DNA of 64,000 bases from Mucilaginibacter sp. (GTDB lineage Bacteria > Bacteroidota > Bacteroidia > Sphingobacteriales > Sphingobacteriaceae), in assembly GCA_041905165.1 (NCBI GenBank), contig JAYRLR010000002.1, positions 235,859 through 299,858 of the forward strand, read 5' to 3'. Of this stretch, positions 63,858 through 64,000 are shown piece by piece. Below the pieces are notes generated by a model. That model worked only from the letters and a program-made list of their open reading frames with translations. It made no database searches and was not told where the DNA came from. The first letter of the stretch is position 1, and each line of letters begins with the position of its first letter. The position numbers and the translations under genes were made by a program.

Positions 63858-64000
63858 CTTTGATGTAAAACGAAGATAAGAGATTTAAATTTTATTCTCC
63901 AAATTTTTATTCAGTAGGTAATATTATAGTATAGCCTGCATAGTCTACAAACCTTAATTGAAAGTTCTGTTAATATGCATATTGGAAATTTGATAGTGTA

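Noticed and set aside
1-64000. Mobile genetic elements, prophage, genomic island or defence system.
   Set aside because: No integrase, transposase, recombinase, phage structural gene, restriction-modification gene, cas gene, toxin-antitoxin pair or nuclease/ATPase defence-like gene is recognisable in any frame. The gene content is housekeeping and envelope-related.
63858-64000. A partial minus-strand CDS entering from beyond the window and ending at the TGA at 63911-63913.
   Set aside because: One frame is open to the window edge, but it translates to ...YTIKFPICILTELSIKVCRLCRLYYNITY in very AT-rich DNA, which does not look like a real C-terminus. It cannot be excluded without the flanking sequence, so it is not reported as a feature.

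Overview
The window looks like a core chromosomal segment of a Bacteroidota genome, probably Sphingobacteriia (Mucilaginibacter- or Pedobacter-like). This rests on protein resemblance, a GldD lipoprotein, TonB-dependent receptor and porin-family genes, TAnnTTTG-type promoter boxes and the absence of Shine-Dalgarno sites. Coding density is high, with about 62 believable CDSs. They include an LPS or oligosaccharide glycosyltransferase operon with an MsbA-like exporter (0.6-8.6 kb), pepP, an OmpA-family protein, ridA, recG, an M28 peptidase and an MFS transporter. An ABC-2 exporter sits beside a LytS-like kinase and LytTR regulator, followed by plsC, tex, an Lrp/AsnC regulator and an S41 protease. 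Next come a phosphodiesterase-alkaline phosphatase fusion, a TonB-dependent receptor operon divergent from a DtxR/MntR-type repressor, and a second polysaccharide cluster with a Wzx flippase. The remainder holds an LLM oxidoreductase, pdhB, a DUF4153 protein, an S8 protease, a TPR protein, aroE, gldD, a FtsX-like permease, rbfA, an M23 peptidase, two DUF3857/transglutaminase-like paralogs, aat, ruvC, a HIT protein and greA. I found no rRNA, CRISPR array, transposase, integrase or recognisable defence genes. The most unusual locus is a stand-alone unit at about 25.94-26.32 kb with a promoter-like box and a terminator. It carries two tandem 115-116 nt tRNA-shaped genes. Both keep every near-universal tRNA core nucleotide, and their acceptor stems differ by compensatory changes. 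Both also have a roughly 44-nt region where the variable arm should be and a GUC anticodon loop with a pyrimidine at position 37. Next to it lies a 0.45-kb array of palindromic, MITE- or REP-like repeats. All product calls come from motifs read directly in the translations plus remembered family knowledge. No database search was run.
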